Assembly (NCBI GenBank): GCA_045837725.1 | Contig: JBEWZL010000013.1 | Span: forward strand, 124,001-188,000 | From: Vermamoeba vermiformis | Taxonomy: Eukaryota | DNA length: 64,000 nucleotides | Direction: 5' to 3' | In this document: in pieces, positions 1 through 12,456 of the stretch | Numbering within the stretch: the stretch's first letter is position 1 | Layout of the letters: each line of letters starts with the position of its first letter | Notes under the pieces: generated by a model | The model's input: only the letters and a program-made list of their open reading frames with translations | The model's database searches: none | What the model was told of the DNA's origin: nothing | Program-made: the position numbers and the translations under genes

Positions 1-1
1 G

Positions 2-533
2 CAGTTACATTACCTTACAAATGTTATCAAAGAAAACATGCGCTTATCACCTCCAGTGCCGTTGTTATTTTCTCGAGTGGCTGCCACAGATATCGCAGTA
101 GATGGCATGAATATTCCAGCTGGTGTACGTACATATCTATGTATTGAACCTCAAATAATTGACTGTGAATCAGACCAAAATTGGTGTGAGCCCTCATATT
201 ATACACCATGATCCTTCATTTTGGCCCGAACCGGACGTGTTCAATCCTGACCGATTCGACAAACCTTACAATCCATTTGCATTCTTGCCATTCTCATTGA
301 AATCTCGAGCTTGGTTCGTACCCTTATTGATTCTATTTCCTTCGATAGCGCCTCACCTTTCTTCCTTTAGCTTGGGCAGTCAGTTCTCAATGGCAGAACA
401 AACTGTTTTCGCAGCAACTTTCATTCAGCACTTTAAATTGGATTTACTACACTCATTTGCCCAGCTTGACACGATGTTCAGTAAGCCAACTGAATTGAAG
501 ATTGTTTTGAAGCAGCGCCGTTCTGAGGATTAA
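2..533 (+). CDS. Cytochrome P450, 3' part (truncated by window start)
   Basis: Spliced translation gives the K-helix ExxR motif (VIKENMR), a PERF-like FNPDRF, and the heme-thiolate motif FSLKSRAC|LG, with the Cys codon split by an intron at about 324-370. Confidence 0.93.
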
Positions 534-744
534 TAAATCGCCTTGATGAAAGTCGTTCTTGATATCGACGAGTTGGGTTTCCTGCTCCATTTTTGCTTTA
601 TGTGATAGTTATTTTTAAATTTTTGTTTTATTATGCCAATACAATGGGTGTAGTTGGGTCAAAAATGATGTCTATATGATATATGCTGGTAAGGGTTGAT
701 CATGGTTTGGTTAATTAGAAGTTGCGATCTAATTCACAGCGGAT

Positions 745-3700
745 CTACTGTTTGTTTGCAGGTTGAGCAGGAGTGTCAGACTTGACCTTGTAAACAGGTC
801 CAGCTTTCTTTGGCTTCGGTTCGAAGGTCTTAGGAGGCGCGGGGTTGTTCGTGTTGTTCATGTTCACGTTGTTGTTCGCGCTGCCCTTAGGTTGACCACG
901 TGGCTTGAACTCACGAGCCACGGTTGGTTGTTGACCACGAGGCCATCTTGGTTGATCAGCTGGACTGTCAGTGCTCGTGTTTGCGCTCGTCGGCAAGTTG
1001 ATTCTATTGGGCTTAGGACTGCTCGAAGCGGCGGGCTCTTTCACTTCACGCGTGTTGTTTCCGTTGTTCCTCTTGTCTTCGCGTGGCTTTCGCTCGGGCT
1101 TGGGTCCTTCAGGTCGCTCGTTTCGCACGTTAGAATCTTTTTGTGGCTTGCCGTTGGCATTAGCGTCCTTCTTCCTGTTGTTGCCCTTTTCGGCATTGGG
1201 TGCCTTTTGTTGCTGAGTCTTTTGTTCAGCTGCAGCTGGCTTTTGAGACTTCTCGACGGGCTTGGTAGGCTCAGTAGGCTTGTCTTGTTTAACAGGGGTC
1301 TCTTTAGCCGGAGCTTCCTTGGCAGGAGTCTCTTTGGCACCAGTATCGGGGTTGCGAGTCACCTTCTCGTAGGTCGGTCGTCCTCGACCTTTAGGCTTCT
1401 CTGAGCGAGCACGTGGTGGTCGTTGATTCTCAGTGTCCTTGCTAGTCTGTTGCTTAGGCTGCTCAGTGACAGCTGTAGCATTGGCCGCGGCAGGTGTCTT
1501 TGGTGGCATTGTGACACTCGACTTGCCTGAGGTAATTGGAGCGGTAACATTGAATCCTCGAGGCTGAGTCTGGACGTTGGATGAAGGAGAAGGTGAAGCT
1601 GAGGGACTTTGTTGGACAACAGGCTGCTCTCCTGACTTTGGTTGCTGTTGTTGGATCTGCTGTTGCATCTGAGGGAAGGGCTGGGGAATGGCTGGTGTGA
1701 GGGCGTAGGTTCCGAGTTGAGGATTGAAAGTATAAAACACAGTGGGAGGAATAAATACAGGCGCTTGGTTGTAGTAAGGGTTATCTACAGTTGAAGTTAA
1801 TACACCATACATCAAACTGCTAGTGCTTGACTTACCTATATTAGACACGACGGGGTTTGGAATCACCTGTTGAGGCTTGCTGGAATAACGACGCGACTGC
1901 GGTGAATAGCCGGACACGGGCTGCTCAGGTACGACGTATTGCACGGGAACAACAGGAGCTGTGACAGCAACCTGTTGGACTTGCTGTTGTGGGACAGTTT
2001 TGACAGGCTCGACGGTCTTCTCTACAGCAGGTTGAGCAGGCTTGACCTCGACCTTTGGAGCTGTAGTCTCGACTTTCTTGTCAGTAGCAGTCTCAGTCGA
2101 AGGAGTGACCTTGGGCTTGAAGACAGGACCCTTCTTTTCGCGCTTGTTGCCACGTGTGGTTCTCTTTTGACCTTGCTCTTCTGATGTTTCACGTTGTTTT
2201 TGCACGCGCTCACCTTGAGGTTGGTCCTTAGCTTCACGGGGTTGGCGGGGCTCGCGAGGTTCGCGAGGAGGTCGCTCTTTACGGCCCTTCTTTTCTTCCT
2301 TCTTGGGAGGCTCGTCCTTCTTAATCTCTTCAGTCTTCATGATCTGTGCAAGATTCTCGGTCTTTGCAACTGGTGAAGGTTGTTTCTTCCAAGGATTCTC
2401 AGCGGGTGCAGGAGGAATAACAACTTGAGGCTTGGTCGGTGTCTCAACTTTAGGAGCTTCAGCAGGCTTTTCAACGGGCTTCTCGACTGGCTTCTCGGCA
2501 GGCTTTTCAGCAGGTTTCTCAGCTTGCTTCTCGACTTGAGCTTTGGGGGCCTTTGGGGCACGTTGAGTCTTCTCAGTGCGTTGTTTCTCCTTTTCAGCCT
2601 TTTTCTTCAACTCGCGCTTGTCCTTCTTTGATTTGACATCTTGGAAGGCACCGTCATCTTGATGATCAATGCCGGATTGCTCGTTGATAAACACAACACC
2701 ACCGACACCGCTGGGCAATTCGATAGCTCCATCACCAACGGGCGCGGTCTTTGCTGCTGCGACTTTGTCCTTCGGCGCTTCAGGCTCAGCAGACTTTTGC
2801 TCAGGAGCAGGTGTCTTCTCCTTTTTCTCTTCAGGCTTTTTCTCTTCTTTAGCAACATACTGCTTCTCGCCTTTAGGAACGAAAGAGGCTCTGTCACCTC
2901 GTCCACGACCGCGACCACCGCGCCCACGTTTGCCTTCACTTCGTTCAGTTGTGCTTTCTTCGTGAGTCTTGTCGGTGACAGTCTTTTTATCAACTCTTTC
3001 GTAGGGTCTGTATTCAACATCTCGAGAGTCGTCAAATGAAGCTCTATCTCCTCGTCCACGACCACGACCTCCGCGACCTCTAATGCCACCTTCACGAGAT
3101 GGGACATCAGCTGATTCGCGAGGAGTGCTGTCACGATCGCGGCCACGGCCTCGTTCAGAACGGCCACGACCGCCTCTGCCACCACGTTGAGAGAATGTTT
3201 CAGTCTCTTGTGAATCACTTGGTTTGTTTTCAAACCGGCTAGCGTAGAAATCTTCACGACCTCCACGACCGCGACCACCTCTGGTACCACGGCCACCACG
3301 ACCTCCACGACCACGTCCAGCAAATTCAGTTTCGGTGGATTCCTTGTTCTCTTTAGTGACAGACTCGGCAGCAGCTTTTCGGGTATCCCAGACTGACTTG
3401 GGTTGCTCTGGTCTGGGTTCAATTTTAACAGGGTGAGACTCCCTGGCAGCTGGCTTCTCATGAGCAACTTGTTTCTCTTGCTCTTTTGGCTTCTCTTGAG
3501 GAGCTTCGGCAGCTCGCTTTTCTTGAATTCTCTTTTCAAGTTCCAACAACTTTTGTTGAGCACCTTCTTTTCGGAGTCTCTCGCGCTCTTCCTCTTCTTG
3601 TCGGAGTTGTTCCGCGCGTTCTTTTGCCTTTTGAGCCATAAAGGACTTGAGCTCAGCCACTCGCTTTCGCTCTTCCTCAACTAATTGCCGTCTTTGTTCT

Positions 3701-5448
3701 TCGGCCTTTCTCTTTTCTTCCTCCTCGCGCTGCTTTCGTTCTTGTTCCTCGCGCTTTTTACGCTCTTGCTCTTCGCGTTTTCGCTTAGCATCCTCTTCGC
3801 GACGCAATCTTTCTTCTTCCTCACGACGGCGTCGAGCTTCCTCCTCACGCTGTCGTTGTTCTTGTTCTCTTTGTTTCCTGATACAACGTTAATAACTGCA
3901 ACCGATCAATAAACTGATAAGATTCACTTACTTTTCAGCTGCTTCACGTTGAACACGTTCAGTATCTTCTTCTGCTTCTAAAGCCCAGTCCTTTGGTGTA
4001 GCAATGAAGCTTCTGTGGACGGATTCAACTTTGATGTGCGATTCAGGGTGAGGAGTGGCCTCTTTGCTTTTGATTGTGACATTGCCATAAGAACGGTTCT
4101 CTTCGTTTTCATATCGAGAAGGAGGTCGCTCGTCGCGCGAGTAGCGCGAGACTCTATTGCCAACATATCGGCTGCTTTCGTTTGGTCGTCGTTGCTCGCG
4201 TCCATAATCGCTGCGTCGATCACGATCATAACCGTTGGAATTGTTATAATCTCTGTGGCTGCTATAGTTAGGTCTTTCTTGTTGGTGAGGCGGGCTCGAA
4301 GGTTCCTTCGGCGGTTGATCTTTTAAGCTCGGGAATTCGTCTTTTCGCAACGAAAATCGCTCCTCGTCACGACGTGGGGGTTGGTATCGTGACGGAAGTG
4401 GGTAGTCTTGGTCATTTGCAGGTTTGGGTCGGTTCCAGGCACTTTCGCTATGGGCATCGTTGGCGTTATTATTTACATTTTGGGCAGGGTTGGTTTTGGT
4501 TTCGGGTTGGTTGGTCGCAACTTCATTGTCTTTTGATTCGTTTGCTGGTTTATCCTGAGCACCCCAGCTTGAAGATTTGGTAACTATTTCATAATATGAC
4601 GTTAGCCCCCAGTTATTTTAAGTGTAATAATGCATTAGTGAATTTAACGTACCATTAGATTCGCTTTTGATTGATGGTAAATTGATGGGCATAGGAGCAA
4701 TAGGAGCGGGTGTTTTCGTGCTACCTCGTCCTCGCCCTCGGCCAGCAGGGGCCAATACTAAGTAGCGTGAGCCTTGACCTATATTATCGATAAATAACGT
4801 TAATAACCGATGGAAGACAAAGTCCGAGTAAAGGGACAAATTAAATATTTAATTAAAATTTACTGGCGCGCGATGAAAAATAAATTGTTAATAACAAATA
4901 TTCAATAATTATGCTGCGTTTATAGTTATAATACGCACGCTTTTCTATTATTTTGAATATAATTATTCTCAACGCTTTCGCAAATTTTGAAATCTGAAAC
5001 TCGCAGATTTGAGGCAGTTAAGCATTGAGGCATTAATATAAAATTAATATATAATATTTGGAGCATATATTGATAGTAAATTTGGTAGCAGAAATTCAAA
5101 AAAGAGGCTAAGCAGATCCTTGTTAAATCGCGCAAAGACCTGGCCACATATTTTTTGAAAATATTTATAATGTACTAAAAATGTATGATAATAGCGATAC
5201 TAGAAAATACTAGTATTATGAATTTATTATAAAATTATTAAAAACCTCTCTGCTCGATTCGGCTCGTGCTTACGTCATTGCACGAACGCCCATAACCAGC
5301 GCAAAAATGGAAATTAAAACTTACCAGATTGTGTAGCGCGGCCAGTGCCTTGTTTGAGGGCACCAGCACCTTTAAGCTGTTGATTAAGCGTGGAAAACTT
5401 TGGCTTGGCTACATTCGGGAGAGATGCTTGTCCTGTATTCTTTTGCAT
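745..5448 (-). CDS. PRRC2: PRRC2/BAT2-like (MOS1-like) large low-complexity RNA-associated protein
   Basis: Exon 1 MQKNTGQASLPNVAKPKFSTLN (ATG 5448), then PMPINLPSIKSESNG (BAT2_N-like PANLPSLKSEN) and DEFPSL. These are followed by an E/R/K coiled coil, several RGG boxes and Q/P-rich tracts (ORF 745-3807). Confidence 0.7.
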
Positions 5449-5636
5449 TATTTATTCGCATAAATTGGTATACAAAACCAATACCAAGTTCAATAAGTAA
5501 TGAAAATGAACAAAGAATTCTGCTCTTTTTTGCTGGCTCTCGGTCATCCAAAAGTCAACGCCTAAATTTGCTAATTTTCTTCTCGCAAGCACAATAGTCA
5601 CAAAGAGTTCTATCAACGACAACAACTACTGCATTA

Positions 5637-6798
5637 ATGAGTTTCTATATCCCAGCTACACCAACGAGCTTTCAGGATAACACTTTGGTTCTCGTAAGTT
5701 TTCGTCATCCGAAAAAAAATGAAAAAAAAAATCCAAATTAATCGTGGCCACGTCGAATACAACAATTATTCACACCCTATGTTCTCTACTCTATCGCTAA
5801 TTTTAAAATAATTTTCAGCCTTCACTTACGCTGGGTCACGTTGGACAATTAGCCTTGGACGCTATTATAACAACCCTTAAATTGCCGAAAGTTGGTTATA
5901 TTGACGAGCCAAATGTTTTACCCACTCTGAGCAACGATGCTTTTACAGCCGATCAAGGTGTTTTGACAACCAGCCTCGAAGGTACAGCTATCATTTTCAA
6001 GTAAATATTCTAATAATGCTCTACTAGTGTTCCAATCCAGTGAAAAGAAAGTTACAATGTATTCAACAGAGAGCCCCTATAGTCCGGGTACGAACATGGT
6101 GGACACGTGACTTTTCCGTTAGTTATTCACAGTGTAATTTATTCTCTTTTCCTAAATAGGCTTACAATGCACAATACGCGGCAAGCATAGTACAATGGGC
6201 GAAATCTGCACAATTTAAAGAGATTGTTGTTCTTATGAGCGCGGATGCAACCCGCCGTAATGACGAACAATTAGTGGGGTAATGCACCCTCTGTCATCAA
6301 TCATTCTTGTATTAACTTATCATAGAACTCAATTCCGGTTCGTTTCTACCCCAAACTCTCCTCTACGCCAACAAGCATCAGAATTGAAGTGGATCGAACT
6401 TGAAGCCGAGACAAAAGATTCGATCATCAGACAAGTACGAAAGCTAGTCAAGGCATTATACATATTAACGTGCTTTACTTCAGGGTACTATCGCTCAAAA
6501 ATTACTTGAAGAAGGCGAGAAACAAGGCTTCTCTGTCACTGTCGTACTGTTGTTCTGCGCTGAAGGCAATAACGTGCCTGATGGCTTAATGATGGCCTCG
6601 CATGTCAATCAGTATCTTAAAGTCAAAGAACCAAACCCAAGTAAGTATACATTTCAGGAACTGTTCCACTGTTTCTGTGCTATTTTTGGCATCTACTAAA
6701 TATCTGAATCAGATCCGCAAGTGTCAGAGTGGCTCGTGCCATCAAGTTGGTCAGTACTGCTCGAGGGACCTCCCATTGATCGAAGTTTATTCATGTAA
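5637..6798 (+). CDS. PSMG2: Proteasome assembly chaperone 2 (PAC2)
   Basis: Spliced MSFYIP..TLVL|PSLTLGHVGQLALDAII..LPKVGYI..VLPTLSND..IQQRAP..LFCAEGNNVPDG..WLVPSSWSVL, which are PAC2 family motifs. There is an apparent 1-nt frame disruption near 6060. Confidence 0.88.
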
Positions 6799-6863
6799 TT
6801 AAATCGAAGTTAATTTACAAGTTTATTTACAAACGTGTCCCGGTATCACATTGACAAATCGAG

Positions 6864-8096
6864 TTAACTAGCCGAGTTTTGTTCTTGTTTAACCTTCGGC
6901 ACGACCGTTACTTTCGGCTTAGTTTTAGTGACATTACTTGATGGCGTATTTACATTGACACCAAAACCGGATGGGACGTGAGAGCTCTTCTTGAATAATG
7001 AGACATCTAGACCTCGCTTAATCGACTTCTCTAACGCTAGTCGTTGCTTGAGATCTTGCTGCAGCGTTGATCCGCTCTTGTCCTTCGCAAAGATACTTTT
7101 TCCGTTTGTTAATTGTTTGCTTAGTTTATATTGCTGGACCGGTGTAGCTTGCTGTCCATACTTGACCTTGTGTGCAGCTTCCTTATCTTCTTCAGTCTCG
7201 GGTAATAGAGGCACAAATATTCCTTTACTTTTCGCTTTCTTCTCGTCTTCAACTGTCAGCTTCTTTTCAACCCGAAACTTGCTTCGTAATAATGAGTTCA
7301 ATTGGTAGTCATCCTTAGCAATACTATCACGATATTCTGCGAGCTCGTGTAATTCAGGCTCTTTCGTTTCTGCAATTGCTGTATCTTGTTGCAAGTGTTC
7401 CAATCGTGCGAATGGATCTTCGTCGATTTTCTCCTTTGTCTCCGCACTCATCAGCTCTATCGTGCCTTTATCTTCGTAGTCATTGCCGAGCTCAGTCTTT
7501 TTCTGAGCACCGCTGACCACGATGAAATCATGATGCTAATAAAATCGAGTTTAGAATCGGTGTCTGAAAACGACGTGTCACTTCTGATTCGTACCTGCGG
7601 ATCGGTCTGAATTTCGAACCAATTGTCGCACAAATGACACTTCATTCGAAAGCTCCATATCTTGCTGCTGAAGTAATTACCAGCCTGTTTCTTCTGTGCA
7701 TTAAAGCGGACTCCCTTTGCTATGTGAGCGTTGCAACCCCCGCACCATATGTTGAAAGGCATCTCAAATCGTACAATTAAGATGCCTTGGTCAAGCTTTC
7801 TAGCGCGATCTCGAAGAGGATGCGAATTTCTGAACGTGTTGATGGATCCCTATTACTTGTGAGCCAAAAAATACTCAAATAATTTTTAAAATTACAATAC
7901 CTTAGAGGGATCCCAGTCAGGTGGGTAATACTTGTTTGTCGCTTTTCTTTCAGCCTAATTCAATAATATTAGATCCGGTGTCACACAATGGCTTCAATTT
8001 AAAAGCTACATTTAAGGCAATTACAATCAAAATAAATAAAAGGGATAAATTTTGTGTAGGTATAATAAAATAGGTCGTTTTGCGTGATCTTACCAT
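6864..8096 (-). CDS. YJU2B: Splicing factor YJU2B/CCDC130 (Saf4/Yju2 family)
   Basis: M|AERKATNKYYPPDWDP..LIVRFEMPFNIWCGGC..GVRFNAQKKQAGNYFSSKIWSFRMKCHLC..TDP. The ATG is alone at the end of exon 1. Confidence 0.93.
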
Positions 8097-8564
8097 CGAT
8101 TGAGATCTCTCGTAAAACTAATCACTGTAATCTCGCTTTATTTTAAGCTTTGTGATCTTATTTCGATTGTGTAGATTAGTTGCGATTGATGAACAAAAAT
8201 GATACTGTGGTGGTTCGTTGAAGCAAATTTACATACTATTCAAAGAGAATTCTTTTAAAAGTAGAGCGGACACATTGAGCCGCTCGCGCGAGGTAACTCT
8301 ATGGAAGAATTCATGCACACATAGTATACCAATATTCAATCCTGTTTTACAAACATCGACTAAAAAGGATAAATAAATTTACTGCGAACTTGCGTCGTAG
8401 GATAAACTGTACAATTTATTTATAAGGGCACTGAGGTGAAGGAATTTACAAAATTGTTTACAAAATACCTAGCGCCTCTTATTAATTGGATTTTTCTAAT
8501 TATTCGATACCGGTCAAAATTAATCTCCGGCTTCGTTCTTTGTTTCCGTATTAGTAGGCTTCAG

Positions 8565-9814
8565 TTAAAACCGATGCGACGTGATAGGCACTGGCGAAAC
8601 CTTTTGTTTCTTTGTTGCGTTGCTTTCTACTGGTGTTTCGGGAGTTCTTCGTTTTCGGCTTTCTGTCGATCTCTCGAATTCCAGTACCTGATCCGCCATA
8701 GCAAACAAAGCTTGCTTAGCTTGCTCTTCGAGTTCTAAAGAGTATATTAGATGACTATCCTATCGAAGAGTAAGAATTCTTGAACTTACCATTACTGCTT
8801 TTGAGTTTCGGCGAGAACGCGGACTTTTTGTCGTTAACGGGAGAATGTGCTGAAGAGCTTGACTTGGGCTCTGAATGTACTTCCTTATTTACATGACCGT
8901 TAGCACTCTTAGGCGCCGACTTGTGTGAATCTGAATAAATAGTAGGTAAGTATTACGTTGATCCAAAGAAGCCGTTGTGGAAATTTCTGGTAATTATTTA
9001 AAATCTGTCGATTGATGTTCGTTCTTACCTTCTGTTTTATGAGTTCCGTTTGTGGATGAAACTTGACTGGAGGGAATGAACTCGGCCCAATTCGCCGGCG
9101 GTTGGTTTTGTCCCATCTGCGGCCCAGCGTATGACGCTACGCCCGAAGGGATACTCATAGCTTGAGAAGGTTGTGCATATTGGTTAATAAAGGGTTGCGA
9201 GGGTGCAGAAGATGTTGGTGGGGATTTGGATGCGGGGTTGGCAATTGCTTGTTGCGGATTAACGGCAAGGTACGGATTCATTTGAGGAGGGAAGGCGTTC
9301 GGAACTGGACCGGCGATGACATAGCTCGGGTAAGTGCCAACAGGATTAGTCCCAAAGGCCATAGTTTGCTGTTGTTGCTGAATTGCCTAAATATGGGAAT
9401 CACAAATTAATGAACAGCACCACAAACGAGATAGAGCCAGGTCATCCTAGGAATTTGAATAATACGAAAATATGCCGTAGAGAAGTACTACGCGTTGATA
9501 AAGCGAGAAGTGTAATGAACGGCAAAATTGAAAAATTGATGGCTTTTTTGGTGAATTGATTTTGCGTATTTCAAAAAAATAAAAATAAAGGGATGCCAGA
9601 AGGCAATCGACGACATTTATTAAAAAGCCGTGATTTGATATTCGGTATAATTGAATGTTATCCTATTCGTAATGATTTAATTACTTACCCACATATACTG
9701 CGCGTTGTATTCTTTGATTATTGGTTCGACAACATCTCGAAGATGCGGAAGAACACAACCTTCTGGTGCTGGAGGTAAAGTTATACTAGGGAATGAGATG
9801 GCGTCGAGCGACAT
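8565..9814 (-). CDS. Hypothetical low-complexity (Q/P/S-rich) protein with basic NLS-like C-terminus
   Basis: ATG 9814 (MSLDAISFPSITLPPAP..) and consistent GT-AG joins through ORF 8994-9362. Last exon reads ..RKRRTPETPVESNATKKQK..RF*. Confidence 0.6.
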
Positions 9815-11190
9815 GACGGTTTGTTCTCTATATTGTCAAATATATTATGTCAGAGGAGTGTTTTATCAAATCCACAACTTTATCGAGCCCAAATAATAAA
9901 TAGACCCAAGATGATTAACTTGTGGTTGTGCCGACGTGTAAATGGTCAAAAATAAAGTCAAAAAGACGCCGGAATCTTGTTGGACAAAAAGATGATCACG
10001 TGGCGAGCTTGCGCCCAAAAAAAACGGAACATAACTAAAAATAACTCGGAATATTTACGATCCGTTTTTTCGCTTTAGAGGACTTTCATGATTTACCCGT
10101 CCTATTGGTCGGGTGACAATTAGCGTCATAAACGGATTTGTAAAGTTTGACGAAAACGAAATGAACATCCGACAAAAAAAGTAATTCGGATTTGGTGTTT
10201 CTGAAACAAAGTATTTACCTTCGAGGTTCTGCCGTGACTTGAACGACCTGGGGTTCCATTTTAACCGGTTGATGTGTATTGAAATTATCGCGTCGCACGC
10301 TTGCATTGGCTACAAACACAAGTAATTAAATTGGGTTCACAAACTCGAAAAGAAAGTGACAGCTTCATTGATTGCATCATGAATGATACGCACCATAGTA
10401 TCCTGCCATTATTTCATTCACTTGATATTCTGGCATCATGCTTGGAGGAACGCCATGACGATAATCTCCGTTTAGCCTCAGATCACGGATGGGCTCCCCG
10501 TTGCTCATTGCTGCCATCATTTTAACTATGCAACGGAAAGAGAATTAGTCTTTGGTTCAATTCTTGAGTTTCGTTTATCAATATAAATTATTGGAATCTG
10601 CTTAAGAATAAATCATTATTGCCGTTTCTGGATGTATGACCCTTACCTGAAGATTATAACAATTCAATCTATGCTAGATTTAAAATTTCTTTGTGGGACT
10701 TGTGTCTCACCTTTGGATTGAAATGAAATAATAATTGCGTTTCTTGCACGTCTTCATATTTGTGATGTAAAACTTAGATCTATAAAAGGAAATCGAACAA
10801 AATTGAAACAAACTCTGGGCTCGTCCCGGCCGCTACGTTTATTAGACATCTCGCTGACGCATTAGTACCTTTAGTGAGAATAACAAGACACTGCGGCATC
10901 AGATGGTACCGCTGCGTAAAGAGGATTTCCGGCGATTACCGCACTGATTTATAAGTCTTGCATGGGGTATATTTCGTCTCATATGTCGTTCGGAGTGAGC
11001 ACTTGCTTACGGCGGACACTAACCTATTATTGACGGCCATTAGTAATCGAACGAGTAATTTGTTTGCCAAGGGTAGCTTCCGGCGACAAACGCGAACCGA
11101 AATTAACAGGAAAGCTCCAAAAACATTAAATGATTAATATTAACAGCTCACGGGTTTAAATAAGGAGCGTTGTAGGTAATAATGCAAGCG

Positions 11191-12321
11191 TTAATGTGCC
11201 AATACCGCTATTTTTCTAATTTTAGTGGGCTAGGGAAATTAACACCTCGATTTGCGTGATTTAATCGAAAAGATGCAATGTTTTGAATCTTTGATTAGTG
11301 AACGCTTACCAGCCATTCAGACAACGCTTGCTCATCAGGTGCTTCAGGTAATAATGGCCAAGGCTGATGTTCCCGAATATGTGCGAGCAACTCTTCCGAA
11401 ACTTTCAGGAGCTCCTCTAACTGCTTCTCGTCGTTAGTACTTCGTATGCGAATCAAGTAGTCTCGTTCAGCGCAGTCCTGAAATTAAGCGGATAATTAGT
11501 CATTGCCGTGATTTATTTTCGACCGTTTATTCGTTTCGCGAGATAAATCGTAAACCCGGAGATTAACCCTCCCTTTAAATTTTCAATGGTCACTCGGTGA
11601 ATTATGACGTGAGGGGTATCGAATTTGAGCATTACTTACCGGCCAGAAGACGTTGGGATCTTGCCCGTGAATAATTCTTTTGGCTTCGTATAATAACCGA
11701 ATGGTGTGGTAAATGCGTTTGCCGACCATTGCCTTCTTTTCGTGCTTCTTCAATTGCTTTTCGATGTATGAGAGGTATTGGTGAATTGTTCTCTTGCTTA
11801 GCACTCGTTGGCGCAACTTGCGCAGATCTTGCCAGCTTTGAGACATGTAGCAGTTTCTTTCGCAAAATAACGTGTCTATGGCGAATGGGTTGCCTAAATA
11901 CACGATGAAAAAGTATTAGTGAAGTCTTGGTGATTAAGGGAATAGATGCAGAATTGATCGGTGAATAAATACGAACAGTAATTTTTTAAAATTACAATTT
12001 ACGTATCAAATGTATTAATTGGTATATTCAATTACCTTCTACTAATAATTTTAAATATTGCTTGGCTTCGTAAGCATTAATATCGTTAGGCTCATCTACA
12101 TTGTGGGCTTGCGTAACTAAGGCTTCTTTAGGTAATTTGTTACATGCTGATAAAAATTCGTCAGTGTTTGCTAAATAAACACCAACGTAATCAATGTCTG
12201 AACTACCGCTGGCCAGATTGTAACAATGAGAGCCAGTCACCATCGAGAATAGGACGGTGCCTTTCACATTATTACGCTCTAAGTAGCCAGCGATAGCGTT
12301 ACGTGACTCTTCTGGGTTCAT
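11191..12321 (-). CDS. DNA pol-beta superfamily nucleotidyltransferase, RlaP/YcgL-like
   Basis: GSHCYNLASGSSDIDYVGVY (GS..D.D motif), YE..KQYLKLLVEGNP, K.IYHTIRLL, RDYLIRIR..LPEAPD..LSEWL. The 3' end is uncertain (stop at 11295 or about 11191). Confidence 0.82.
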
Positions 12322-12456
12322 GTTGCGTTAAGATTGAGTAAATGGTGCGCGTAAGAAATTTCTATTTTTTAACTAAGTTTTTGATTTCGATAGCACAGTA
12401 TCTATCCAATAATATTTATTTAGGCGCATAGTCGCCGTCACGATATATTTCCTAAT

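Noticed and set aside
2455-2530. Tandem 12-bp repeats (EKPA/EKPV)
   Set aside because: Coding peptide repeats with no spacers; not CRISPR or satellite DNA.
763-3912. Many long overlapping ORFs (e.g. 763-1404 +, 2607-3680 -)
   Set aside because: Antisense or alternative-frame shadows of the low-complexity 1020-aa exon.
10800-11120. Candidate telomerase, RNase MRP or snRNA gene
   Set aside because: No full template repeat or conserved boxes were recognisable.
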